A stretch of 64,000 nucleotides of DNA from assembly GCA_963823665.1 (NCBI GenBank), contig CAWGMQ010000006.1:1408001-1472000 (forward strand), read 5' to 3'. The notes under the pieces were generated by a model. The model worked only from the letters and a program-made list of their open reading frames with translations. It had not been told where the DNA came from and searched no databases. This stretch comes from an uncultured Planctomycetota bacterium. Its GTDB lineage: Bacteria > Planctomycetota > Planctomycetia > Isosphaerales > Isosphaeraceae. Of the stretch, positions 21,201 to 30,932 are shown piece by piece. Position 1 is the first letter of the stretch, and every line of letters starts with the position of its first letter. Both the position numbers and the translations under genes were made by a program.

Positions 21201-23960
21201 TCGAAAAGCGGGTTGTCAAAAAGAATCGTCTGGGCGCCGGGCAGGACGTTGGCCAGGTTGACCGCCTGGGGGAGTGTGAGCTGGCCGGGACTCGAAAGTT
21301 CACCACCCGCGGTGGTGTTAACGAGCTCCACTGCCTACCTCGAACGCGCCGATGTCAACGGCGCCCTGGCGGCTGAAGCCACGCTGATCCGTGGTCGGGA
21401 TGCCAGCGCCCTTGGCGCCCGTACCTATGGCCGCACTCCCAGTCAGCAGGGCCATCGTCTGAGTCGGCCCGCCGTAGTCGCCCAGCGGGGCGAGCCCTGG
21501 GTTGAGCACGCCGACGATGTTGCCGGCGACCCCGTTCATCAGCCCGCCCGAGCCGCCCGTGCCGATCAAGTTAAACGAGCCCAAGACAGCGCCTGAGACG
21601 TCGCCTCCCGTTGTCTGGCCGGCGACGATCGTGTTGGTCAGCGTGGTCGCGCCCCCCTCGCTGAACAGGCCACCCCCACTCACGGACGCGGAGTTGCCAC
21701 TGACGGTCACGTTGGTCAGCTTGGTCGTGCCGCCAGAGGCGTAGAGGCCGCCGCCGCTTTCGGAGGCGGAGTTGCCACTGACGGTCACGTTGGTCAGCGT
21801 GGTCGTGCCGCCAGAGCCGTAGAGGCCGCCGCCGCTTTCGGAGGCGGAGTTGCCACTGATGGTCACGTTGGTCAACGTGGTCGTGCCACCCCGGCTCGAG
21901 AGGCCGCCGCCGTCTGCGCCGCTGGAGTTTCCGCTCACGGTCACGTCGGTCAGCGTGATCGTACCCCCCTGGCTGAACAGACCGCCGCCGTTCGTGCCGG
22001 CGGTGTTGCCGCTGACGGTCACGTTGTTCAGCGTGGTCGTGCCCCCCTGGCTCAAGAGCCCGCCGCCGTTTGTGCCGGCGGTGTTGCCGCTTAAGGTCAC
22101 GTTCGTCAACGTGGTTGTGCCGCCATCGTTGTACAGACCGCCGCCGCTCGCGGCACTACCACCGGTGATTGTCAATCCGGACAGAGACGCGGTGACGCCC
22201 GCGTCGACCTGAAGCACCCGGCTCAGCCCTCCGCCGCTGAGCGTCAGCCCCGCCGCCGGGGCCATGATCGTCTCGGTCCCGCTCGTGTCGCTCAGATCGA
22301 GCTGGAGACCTGCCAGAGTGATGGTCTGGGCGGTCGCGAAGACGGTCGGATCAAACGTGATCGTGTGGACGGGAAGCGCGTTGGCGCTGGCGATCGCCTC
22401 GCGAAGGCTGGTATTGCCGTCGGTTGGATCGGAGTAGTCGGCGGTGATGTTGACCACGAAGCTCGGAACGATGACGACCTGCAGCTCATACGCGCCGATG
22501 TCGACATTGCCGTTGAAGAACCGGGGCGAGCCCGTCTGGTCGGTCGTGATGCCGGCAGGCACGAGAGCGTCGCTGCCGGCGGCGATCGCCGGGCTGCCGT
22601 AAAGAAGTGGCATGGTCTGGGTCGGCCCGCCGTAGTTGCCCAAAGGCGCCAGACCGGGATTGGCGACGCCGACAATGTTGCCGCCGACCCCGTTCAACAG
22701 TCCGCCCGATCCGCCGGTGCCAATCAGGTTAAACGAGCCTGAAACAACGCCTGAGATGTCGCCTCCCGCCTTCTGGCCGGCGACGATCGTGTTGTTAAGC
22801 GTGGCCGTGCCGCTCGTGATGTCCAGCCCGCCGCCGCTAGAGGTCGCGGAGTTGCCGCTGACGGTCACATCGTTCAGCGCTATCACGCCGCCTGAGGTAT
22901 ACAGGCCGCCGCCGTCTGTACCCGCAGAGTTTTCGCTGACGGTCACGTTGGTCAGCGTCGCCGTGCCGCCCTGGTTGTCGAGGCCGCCGCCGCTAGAAGT
23001 CGCGGAGTTGCCGCTGACGGTCACGTCAATCAGCGTGGTCATGACACCAAAGGTGTACAGGCCGCCGCCGCTGGATGAGGCGGAGTTGCCGCTGACGGCC
23101 GAGTTGGTCAGCGTGGTCGTGCCCCCCTGGTCCAGCAGTCCGCCGCCGTTTGTATCGGCGGTGTTGCCGCTGACGGTTACGTTCGTCAACGTGGTCGTGC
23201 CGCCGAAGCTGGCAACGCCACCGCCACTTTTAAGAGCGGAGTTTCCGCGGATGGTGGAGTAGGTCAGCGTCGTGGTGGCGTCAGTAGAGTACAGGCCGCC
23301 GCCGCTGCTGGAGGCGGAGTTGCCGCTCACCGTACAGCTCGTCAGCGTGGTCGTGCCGTTCGCAGTGTAGACGCCGCCCCCGTTTGTGCCGGCGGAGTTT
23401 CCGCTCAAGATGGTGCTGTTCAGCGTCGTCGTGCCCCCGTGGTTCAAAACGCCGCCGCCGATTGCGCTGGCGGAGTTTCCGCTGATCGTGCAAACGCTCA
23501 GCGTGGCCGTTCCCCCATCGTCGTACAGACCGCCGCCGCCGGCGGCTTTGCCATCCGCAATCGTGAGTCCCGTGATTACTGCCGTGACACCCGCGTCGAC
23601 CTGAAACACCCGGCTCAGCCCTCCGCCGCTGACCGTGACACGCGCCGACGGGCCTCTGATCGTCTGCGTCCCGCTCGTGTTGCTCAGCTCGAGCTGGGTG
23701 CCCTTGAGGGTGATCGTCCTCGGCGACCTGAAATCGAGACTGCTAAAAGTGATGGTGTTGGCACCAGCACTCGAATTTGCCAGGCCAATCTCATAGGGCA
23801 GCGAGCCCGTGCCGCTGTCGGCGGTGTTGGTCACGGTGAATGTCGCCAGCAGCGTGCGATCCTCCAAGGCCAGCAACGTCGGCTGGATCCGCCTCTGTTT
23901 TCGGCCCTGGACCGTTTCCCGCCAATCCTTGCGCTCTACGCTCGGTGACTTGCGGCTCAT
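18236..23960 (-). CDS. Large LEPRxLL-leader CSLREA/beta-helix/choice-of-anchor-Q protein (about 1900 aa), split near 21330
   Basis: LLALEDRTLLAT leader in ORF 21318-23975. ORF 18236-21331 overlaps it, has no leader and starts at a module boundary (..VNTT). Both halves share DIGAYELQVVIVPSFVVN.TADYSDPTDG.TSLREAI. Confidence 0.82.
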
Positions 23961-24038
23961 GATTTTCTCGCTCACGTGGAGTTGAATTTGGCCTGGGAAG
24001 AAAAAAGCACCTCACGCGTTCACGATTGCGCAAAGAAG

Positions 24039-27000
24039 TCAATTCGTTTTCCCTTCCACACCCAGCAACTGCGCGGCTTCGGCTCGAACGGCGAGAACTT
24101 CCTGATCGTCGACCTTGTTTTTCTCCATCCACTTCATGGCCCCCTCTTGCCATTTCCGAGCCTGCTCCTTGTCACCGGCTTGCCAGTGGGCCATGGCCAG
24201 GAAGAACCAATCGGAGCTGGCGCCGCCGCCGCTCAGCTCGACGGACTTCTGCAAAGCGATCGACGCAGCTTTCCAGTGGCCGGCGCGGTACTGAGCCACG
24301 CCGAGGATTCTCCAGAGGCCTGCATTGGCCGGCGCCAGGTCAACTGCTTTGGTGGCGAGCTCGACCGCCTGGGCCGGCTCACGAAGTTTGGCGTCGGGGC
24401 AGGTTGCCAAGAGCCAGGCAAGTCCCCGGCATGCCTCGACCAGACCGGGCTTCAATTGCACGGACTTTTTGAAATGTGCAAGCGACTCTTCCCATCGGCG
24501 CTTCTGGCTCAATGCCACGGCGAGCCCACAATGCGCCAGCGCGTCTTGCGGATCAACGCGCAGAGCCTGTTGGAAGGCGGCGACGGCGCCGTCGTAGTCG
24601 TGCTTTCTGTCGCACAACAGAGCACCGAGCTCGCGGTGCGCGCCCGGAAAATCGGGCTGGAGCCGGACGACCTCGTTGAAAGCGGCCACGGCCTCGTCCG
24701 CCTTGCCGCGCATTCGGAGCGCCGTGCCCAGGTTGAAACGGACGCCGGGCACATTCCCGTCCAGGCGAATGCCGTCCTTGAAAGCATCGATGGCCAAGTC
24801 CAGCAAACCCTTGTTGCCGAGTGCGATTCCAAGGTTGGCATGGGCGACTGCCATCTTGGGCCGCAGGCGAATGGCTTCCCGGAACTCGGCAATCGCCCGA
24901 TCGTAGTCGTGACGGATGTCGCAGTAATAGGAACCCAGATTGACGTGCGGATTGGGATCGTCCGGTTTCAGCTTCAGCGTTTTTTCGAACTCTGCCGCAG
25001 CTTCGTCGGGACGACCCGTCTCGCGCAACAACACGCCCAGCGAGTTGTGCGCGTTCGAGTCCGGCTTGATGCCGATGGCCCGGCGGTAGGCATTGATGGC
25101 GTCGTTCAGGAGGCCTTTGCCGCGGTAGGCCTGGCCAAGGTTGAAGCAAGCGTCGAAGCGGTTGCCGTCGAGCTCGAGAGCGGCCCGGAACTCGGCGATG
25201 GCCCGGTCATAATCATGCCGCACATCGCACCAGATGACACCTAGACCAACGTGGGCGTCGGCGCTCTTGAGATCGAGTCGCAGAGCTGATTCATACGCCG
25301 CCAGCGCGAGAGCGGTCTGGCCATTGGCCGATAGGGCGTCGGCCAGATCGACGTGCAGGCGCGGCTCGTCCGGCCTCAAGCTCACGGCTTTCTGTGCTTC
25401 GGCGATGCTCTGGTCAAGCAAGCCCTTTTCGCGGAGCAGCGCTGCCAGATTGGCGTGGGCCTCGAACAAATCAGGCTTCAAGGCAATGGCGTACTCGTAG
25501 GCGGCGACAGCCTGTTCCAGCCGGCCTTTACGCCACAGCGCCGTGCCGAGGTGGACGTGTGCCTCGGCGTGGCCAGGCTCCAGCCGAACAGCTTGCTCCT
25601 GGTCGGCCAGGGCCTGATCCAGCTTGCCCATGTAGCGATAGACATTGCCGCGCTGGGTGAAAGCCTCGGTATCGGGCGGACCAAGCTCAATGGCTTTGGA
25701 ATAATCAAGAATCGCGTCTTCATAGCGGCGCAGCTTCCGGTAAGCCCAGCCGCGCAGCGTAAAGGCCATGCCGTCACTCGGCCGTTGCATGATACAACCG
25801 GTGTACACTCGGGCCGCTTCGCGCCAGTCGTTCTCGTCGCCGAGATCGAGCAAGCAAGTTCCGAGCCAGACCATTGACCAGTAATGCGCGGGCTCGACTC
25901 GCAGGGCCGATTCGAACTGTCGGATTGCCTCTTGCTTGTTTTTGTCCTTGAAGGCCCTCAGTCCAAGAAGGTTGTGATCTACCGCGAGCGTAGCCGGCGC
26001 CTGCCGGGCACGCCGTTCGTCGCTCTGTGCGGCCTCTTTCTGCTGGAGAAGTGCTCGGCAGCGGGCACGCATCGAGAAGAATGCGGGTGTGGGAGGGCGT
26101 GCCGTTTCGGCTCTTTCCAGATAGTGCAAAGCCAACTGGCCCGCAGACTCCGGAGATAACTTCGCACCCGAGACGGGATCTCGCAACCCGTCGACTACGC
26201 TATCTGCCAGCCACACCAGGTCTTCATAGACCTCTTCTTGAAGCCGCTTGGTTAGCTCGGCGCCCACACCGGAGCGAACGAGGGTGGAAGTCCAATCGGC
26301 CCGCTCCATCACCTCGCAAATGGACAGGGCCTTGAGAAGGTAAGTCTCCGGTGGGTCTGGCGGTGCGTCCGCGCGATTGTCCACCGATACGGAGAGTCCG
26401 CCTGAGGGAGCGCGGGCTTCGGCCGACGTGCTGCGGAAGATGAGTGCCTCGGCCGACCGAGGGGTGAGCGCTCGGTGTGCGAGATCGACCCAGTGGAAAA
26501 AAGATTCCAGCTTGCCGACTTGCGAATCCAGGGCCAGGAGGTCGTCCGCCAGCGATCTCGCGGCGGCGGGATCGAGGTCCAGATGTCCCCGGGCTTCGGT
26601 CAGCTTCTGACGAGCGGCGCTCAAGCGGCCCTGCTCGAGCAGCGTTCTGGCGACGGCTACGGATTGACGAGCCTTGGCAGCGACGCTGGCCTGGCGCGCG
26701 GCACGTTCCCGCGCAACCCAGCCGATGCTGCCGGCGACCACGGCGATCACCACGACCAACATCACCGTGCCTGCAAATGCGGTCACGAGCGCCGCGCGGT
26801 GGCGGCGGATGAACTTCCGGCAGAGGTAAGAGCGCGACGGCGGGCAGGCCAGAATCGCTTCGTCGTGGATGTACCGTTCGATGTCGGCCGCCAGTGCGCT
26901 GGCGGTCTCGTAGCGGCGGTTGCGGTCCTTCTCGAGCGCCTTCATCACGATCCAGTCCAGCTCGCCACGCAAAAGCCGGCAGAGCTGCTTCGGATCGCTC

Positions 27001-28004
27001 TGCCGCTCGGCCGAAACCGTCACCGCTGCAGGGCCCAGCGTGCTCAGGCGCGTGCTCGGGCTGGGGGGATCCTCTTCCCGGATGATCCGCCGCATTTCGT
27101 CGTAGCCCGCCGTGCGCATCCGTTCCCTGTCAAACGGCGTAACCCCCGCGAGCAGTTCGTACAGAAGCACGCCCAGGGAGTAGATGTCGCTGCGCGTGTC
27201 GATGTCCAGGCCACTCAATTGGGCCTGCTCGGGACTCATGTACATCGGCGTGCCGACCATCTGCGCAAAGCCGGTAAAGAGCGTCTTGTCCGTGAGCTGC
27301 TGCCCCAGGGCTTTGGCGATGCCGAAGTCGATCACCTTGACGACCGGCACGTCGTCGTGAAGCGTCACCATGACGTTCGAGGGTTTCAAGTCCCGGTGGA
27401 TGATCCCCTTCTGGTGCGCGTGCTGCACGGCATGGCAGACGTGCGTGAACAGCGCCAGCCGCTCTCGGGTGGGCAGACGGTTCTGATCGCAGTAGTCGGT
27501 GATCGGCACGCCCCTGACCAGCTCCATGACGAAGTAGGGCCGGCCCGAGGGCGTGGCGCCGCCGTCGTGCACCTTGGCGATGTTGGGATGATCCATGATC
27601 GCCAGCGCCTGTCGCTCGGCCTCGAAGCGGGCGACCACTTGCCGGGTGTCCATGCCGGGCTTGAGGATCTTGAGGGCCACCTTGCGGCGCACCGGCTGCT
27701 GCTGCTCAGCCATGAACACCAGGCCGAAGCCCCCCTCGCCGATCTGTTCCAGCAGCTTGTAGGGACCGATGATCGTGCCGGCGGATTCGGCAATCGGTCT
27801 GTCAATGGTCGTAGGGTCGGGAACCGGGGATGCTTCGAGGAAGCTTCTCTCCTCTTCATAAACCCGCAGCAGCTCCTCGAGCCGGTGCATGGCCGCTGGA
27901 TGATGGCCGCAGGCCTCTTGAAGGTAGGCGGCGCGCTCTTCCGGCGCGGCGATCTGGCGGGCACGGTTGAAGATCTCTTTTTCCTCGAAAAGCTCGGCTG
28001 CCAT
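24039..28004 (-). CDS. Membrane Ser/Thr kinase with TPR repeats (1321 aa)
   Basis: Full kinase motifs, TM segment, many TPRs, C-terminal LAWLLATCPD...FFLAMAHWQ. Confidence 0.95.
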   Translation of the reverse strand: MAAELFEEKEIFNRARQIAAPEERAAYLQEACGHHPAAMHRLEELLRVYEEERSFLEASPVPDPTTIDRPIAESAGTIIGPYKLLEQIGEGGFGLVFMAEQQQPVRRKVALKILKPGMDTRQVVARFEAERQALAIMDHPNIAKVHDGGATPSGRPYFVMELVRGVPITDYCDQNRLPTRERLALFTHVCHAVQHAHQKGIIHRDLKPSNVMVTLHDDVPVVKVIDFGIAKALGQQLTDKTLFTGFAQMVGTPMYMSPEQAQLSGLDIDTRSDIYSLGVLLYELLAGVTPFDRERMRTAGYDEMRRIIREEDPPSPSTRLSTLGPAAVTVSAERQSDPKQLCRLLRGELDWIVMKALEKDRNRRYETASALAADIERYIHDEAILACPPSRSYLCRKFIRRHRAALVTAFAGTVMLVVVIAVVAGSIGWVARERAARQASVAAKARQSVAVARTLLEQGRLSAARQKLTEARGHLDLDPAAARSLADDLLALDSQVGKLESFFHWVDLAHRALTPRSAEALIFRSTSAEARAPSGGLSVSVDNRADAPPDPPETYLLKALSICEVMERADWTSTLVRSGVGAELTKRLQEEVYEDLVWLADSVVDGLRDPVSGAKLSPESAGQLALHYLERAETARPPTPAFFSMRARCRALLQQKEAAQSDERRARQAPATLAVDHNLLGLRAFKDKNKQEAIRQFESALRVEPAHYWSMVWLGTCLLDLGDENDWREAARVYTGCIMQRPSDGMAFTLRGWAYRKLRRYEDAILDYSKAIELGPPDTEAFTQRGNVYRYMGKLDQALADQEQAVRLEPGHAEAHVHLGTALWRKGRLEQAVAAYEYAIALKPDLFEAHANLAALLREKGLLDQSIAEAQKAVSLRPDEPRLHVDLADALSANGQTALALAAYESALRLDLKSADAHVGLGVIWCDVRHDYDRAIAEFRAALELDGNRFDACFNLGQAYRGKGLLNDAINAYRRAIGIKPDSNAHNSLGVLLRETGRPDEAAAEFEKTLKLKPDDPNPHVNLGSYYCDIRHDYDRAIAEFREAIRLRPKMAVAHANLGIALGNKGLLDLAIDAFKDGIRLDGNVPGVRFNLGTALRMRGKADEAVAAFNEVVRLQPDFPGAHRELGALLCDRKHDYDGAVAAFQQALRVDPQDALAHCGLAVALSQKRRWEESLAHFKKSVQLKPGLVEACRGLAWLLATCPDAKLREPAQAVELATKAVDLAPANAGLWRILGVAQYRAGHWKAASIALQKSVELSGGGASSDWFFLAMAHWQAGDKEQARKWQEGAMKWMEKNKVDDQEVLAVRAEAAQLLGVEGKTN

Positions 28005-28021
28005 GGTTCGTTCCCCTATCA

Positions 28022-28053
28022 ATCAAGGCGGAATCCGAGCCTGGCTCCCCTAA
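28022..28053 (-). promoter_or_regulatory. Conserved kinase-upstream element, copy 3, between ECF and kinase
   Basis: TTAGGGGAGCCAGGCTCGGATTCCGCCTTGAT, identical to copy 2. Confidence 0.65.
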
Positions 28054-28089
28054 CGTTATGCGCAAAAAAACCGGCGCGGGCAGCGGGTT

Positions 28090-28660
28090 TTAGAGGCGGC
28101 TGTCGGGTTCGGCGATCTGAAGCCGCAGATAGCACTTGGCGTAAGCCCAGTCGTTTTCAGCGGTTGCCAGAGAGACAGAAAGCGCGTCGGCGGCCTCCTG
28201 GGTTGTGGAGACCGGCAAAAAATCGCAGCTTGACGACCGCGGCCGCTCGGGGATCGGTCTTTTCGAGTTGCTCCAGGGCCTCGTTGAGGGCCAGCATATC
28301 GAGCTGGGGACCCGGCAATGCCGGCTCGATCTCAGAGAAGTCGAGTCGCCTGAGTTTGCCGCCTGCCTTGAAACTGGCTTTGTGCCGGGCTTGATCAATC
28401 AGAATCCAGCGTATGGCCTCCGCAGCGGCCGCGAAGAAGTGGCCGCGGCCACGCCATTGCCGCGTCTCGGCGCCGTCCACCAGCCGCACATAGGCTTCAT
28501 GCACCAGCGCCGTTGCATCGAGCGTCTGACCGGGTTTTTCCTGGGCCAGCTTTGCCGCCGCCAATTCACGCAGTTCCTTGTACACCAGCGGCAATAGCTC
28601 GGCAGCGGCGTGCGGATCGCCTTGTTCGACGGCGGACATTATGCGGCTGACTTCGCTCAT
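28090..28660 (-). CDS. ECF sigma factor (TIGR02999/PF07638-type), frameshifted near 28207
   Basis: LLPLVYKELR...QTLDATALVHEAYVRL...HFFAAAAEA...VVKLRFFAGL. Removing one C continues into region 4: TTQEAADALSVSLATAENDWAYAKCYL. Confidence 0.92.
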
Positions 28661-28714
28661 GGCCCGCACCAAGCGCCTCGAGGGAGAAGTGCCAGAACGG
28701 AGTGTACATGCGCG

Positions 28715-28730
28715 GCAAGCTCATCGCCAG
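28715..28730 (-). promoter_or_regulatory. sigma54-like -24/-12 promoter of the ECF gene
   Basis: CTGGCGATGAGCTTGC, close to the consensus YTGGCACG-N4-TTGC, 55 bp before ATG 28660. Confidence 0.6.
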
Positions 28731-28870
28731 GGGCTTCGATGGCGTGGGCTTGCACTCCTTTGAACGCGTCCCCAGCCCGCGCCGGGTTTGATCCATCCTC
28801 GGCGCCCAAATGGTTCAGCGGCCCTCAGGCATGGTCGCTCCGATCCCATCCGGCCGCTTTGACCTCCTCT

Positions 28871-29206
28871 TCAGCAATGCGTTGCGGCCAGCCTAATCAA
28901 GCCGCTCGTCCGCCTGCGGAAACAAAGTGTCGAGCCGTAGATAGGGTATTCAACGAAATGTGGGGGAGCAAAAACTTCGCTACGCAAATGGTTTAGCGCT
29001 TGCTCCGCAGCCCGGTAGCGATCGATCGGCGAGCCTTCCCGCACCGCGCCGTAGAGCTCGTCTGCGAACTCTGGAGTACCAAATTCGAGCGCCATACGCA
29101 CGTCGCAAAAAGTGATATTGATCCAGGGAAAGAGAGGTCCCTTGTAATGCGATGGTCCATTCGAGGCCATTTCACGCCTCCTCGTGTCGGAGCGAGATTT
29201 GAACAA
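28871..29206 (-). CDS. Hypothetical protein
   Basis: 111-aa ORF co-oriented with its neighbours; no recognised motif. Confidence 0.3.
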   Translation of the reverse strand: MFKSRSDTRRREMASNGPSHYKGPLFPWINITFCDVRMALEFGTPEFADELYGAVREGSPIDRYRAAEQALNHLRSEVFAPPHFVEYPIYGSTLCFRRRTSGLIRLAATHC

Positions 29207-29936
29207 CGTGGTATCCGGCGGACCAGTGCGCGCCGTTGCCTATCCCGGAGTCGTCAGGACTGAAGTCCACGTCCTCCATGCTCATTATCAACTCATCCCG
29301 ATCTTTCAAGTGTAGAATCCTCTCGTAGACGGAGGGAAAATCGGCGTAGCTGAACTTATAGCTTCCATCTGCCCCTCCGCCGGGCTTGATCGCCCAGTGC
29401 ACTTGCATCAGCCATCCATTGATTTCGCGACCGGGCACGACGTGCCGCTTCAAGAGATTCGACGATGACTCCTGCGACGTGTTCGGAGGAATATCGAATG
29501 CCTCGTTAGACCGCCATAACGCCTCCCCGCCTCGCGCCTCGGCCGCGCTCATTTCCACGGCGAGGCTGACCTCGGACGCTGGCATTCCCTTACTCCGGAC
29601 CGAGGGCGGCGTGCCAGCGAACAGCGGCCTCAGAACCGACGGCTGCGGTGTTGGATCGGGCGGATCGGCTTCGGATCGCTGTGAAGCTTCGGCGTTGTTC
29701 GACCGGCGGGCAGTTGGATGGCGCGAAAGCTCCGCTCCAAGGAAAAAGTGGAACGAGACTGCGCCCCACATCAAGCTCATGATCGCGACGCCGCCAAGCA
29801 GCCAGGTCACACGCCTCACGGGAGCCTTTGTCGGTTTCAGGTCCCAACGACCGTCGATGACCGGATCGTAATCGTAGACATTTCGGAGGTAAGCTCCCAC
29901 GGCACGGCACTCCTCGGGCTTGACCGTCAGACCCAC
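29172..29936 (-). CDS. Hypothetical membrane-anchored protein
   Basis: 254-aa ORF with one hydrophobic segment (VTWLLGGVAIMSLMWGAVSFHFFL) and a Pro-rich linker. Confidence 0.5.
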   Translation of the reverse strand: MGLTVKPEECRAVGAYLRNVYDYDPVIDGRWDLKPTKAPVRRVTWLLGGVAIMSLMWGAVSFHFFLGAELSRHPTARRSNNAEASQRSEADPPDPTPQPSVLRPLFAGTPPSVRSKGMPASEVSLAVEMSAAEARGGEALWRSNEAFDIPPNTSQESSSNLLKRHVVPGREINGWLMQVHWAIKPGGGADGSYKFSYADFPSVYERILHLKDRDELIMSMEDVDFSPDDSGIGNGAHWSAGYHVVQISLRHEEA

Positions 29937-29942
29937 CCCCCT

Positions 29943-30713
29943 CTAAGCCGACGCCGAATTCTCGTCCGGCGGTGCGCCATGCTCGACAAAGTACTGAAAA
30001 TCCGCCGGGCATACGTCCCATGCCGCCATGTACGTTCTTTCGAGCGGCACGTTGACGTACAACTTCGGGTCCAACCAGGCGGGCATGTCCCGTAGCGATG
30101 CGCCGACACGCAGCGGTTCAATGAATGCCTCCGGCGTGAATTCAACGAGCGGCGCGGCCGCGCGGTAGGAGACGAGAAGGAGCGGTTCGTCGGCGGGTAG
30201 CGCAAAGGGTACGTCTTCGTCAAACTCATCCCAGATGAGCTTGTGCAGGCTCTGCGGGTCTTGCGGGCCCGGCGGGAATGGATCGACGATGAGAAGATTG
30301 ATTCCGCTTCTCAGGAACTCGACCGCTTTGGAAACGAACTCTCGGACGGCGAGTTTGCCGTTCTTATTTCCCGGCGAGACGACCTCTATCAACGAGACGA
30401 CTTCGCCGAGGTGATGGCGGATCGTGACCCGGTTGGCTCGCTCGTGGAACCTGCCCTCGCGCGGTTGGACGACCATCCGCGTGCGTGGGGGCGCGAGCGC
30501 CACAATCTCCGTTCGTGAGCGAGTGGACTTCGTGCTCGGACGTTGCACGGTCAACACGTCGGGATAAAGTCCGGACGAGTACTGCCCCACAAGCGCGGAG
30601 TATCCTTCGGGCAACATCCCGGCATTGAGCGCGTCGCAGATTGCGATCGTCCACCGTTGGTGGAAGTGGTGGTATATCGTGGCCGGAACGCGTTTCCAAT
30701 TGTGCATCGGCAC
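29943..30713 (-). CDS. DUF4058 family protein
   Basis: MPMHNWKRVPATIYHHFHQRW...YPDV...IEVVSPGNK...LLIVDPFPP...YVNVPLE. Confidence 0.85.
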   Translation of the reverse strand: MPMHNWKRVPATIYHHFHQRWTIAICDALNAGMLPEGYSALVGQYSSGLYPDVLTVQRPSTKSTRSRTEIVALAPPRTRMVVQPREGRFHERANRVTIRHHLGEVVSLIEVVSPGNKNGKLAVREFVSKAVEFLRSGINLLIVDPFPPGPQDPQSLHKLIWDEFDEDVPFALPADEPLLLVSYRAAAPLVEFTPEAFIEPLRVGASLRDMPAWLDPKLYVNVPLERTYMAAWDVCPADFQYFVEHGAPPDENSASA

Positions 30714-30932
30714 GGCGAAGCCTCCAAATGGATCTTACCACGATATTTGTTTCCGTAAAAACTGGGATTCAGACGAGAATGGTCCGAGAGCGATCACGAT
30801 AATCGACGGCACTCTAACGCGATAATCCATGATTTGTCTCTCATCGGACGTTGCGCGAGCTCCGGTGGCCCCTCGTTTGCGTCTGTGCGTCCCTTTGCCT
30901 GTCTCGGCGGAATCTCGACTCGGAGCCAACTC

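Noticed and set aside
13936..28004. Near-identical kinase and module copies as possible diversity-generating retroelement template/variable repeats
   Set aside because: No reverse transcriptase in the window, no evident adenine-specific mismatch pattern, and all copies are coding.
28200..28215. Programmed or phase-variable frameshift in the ECF gene
   Set aside because: No slippery heptamer or long homopolymer; it looks like the other indels in the window.
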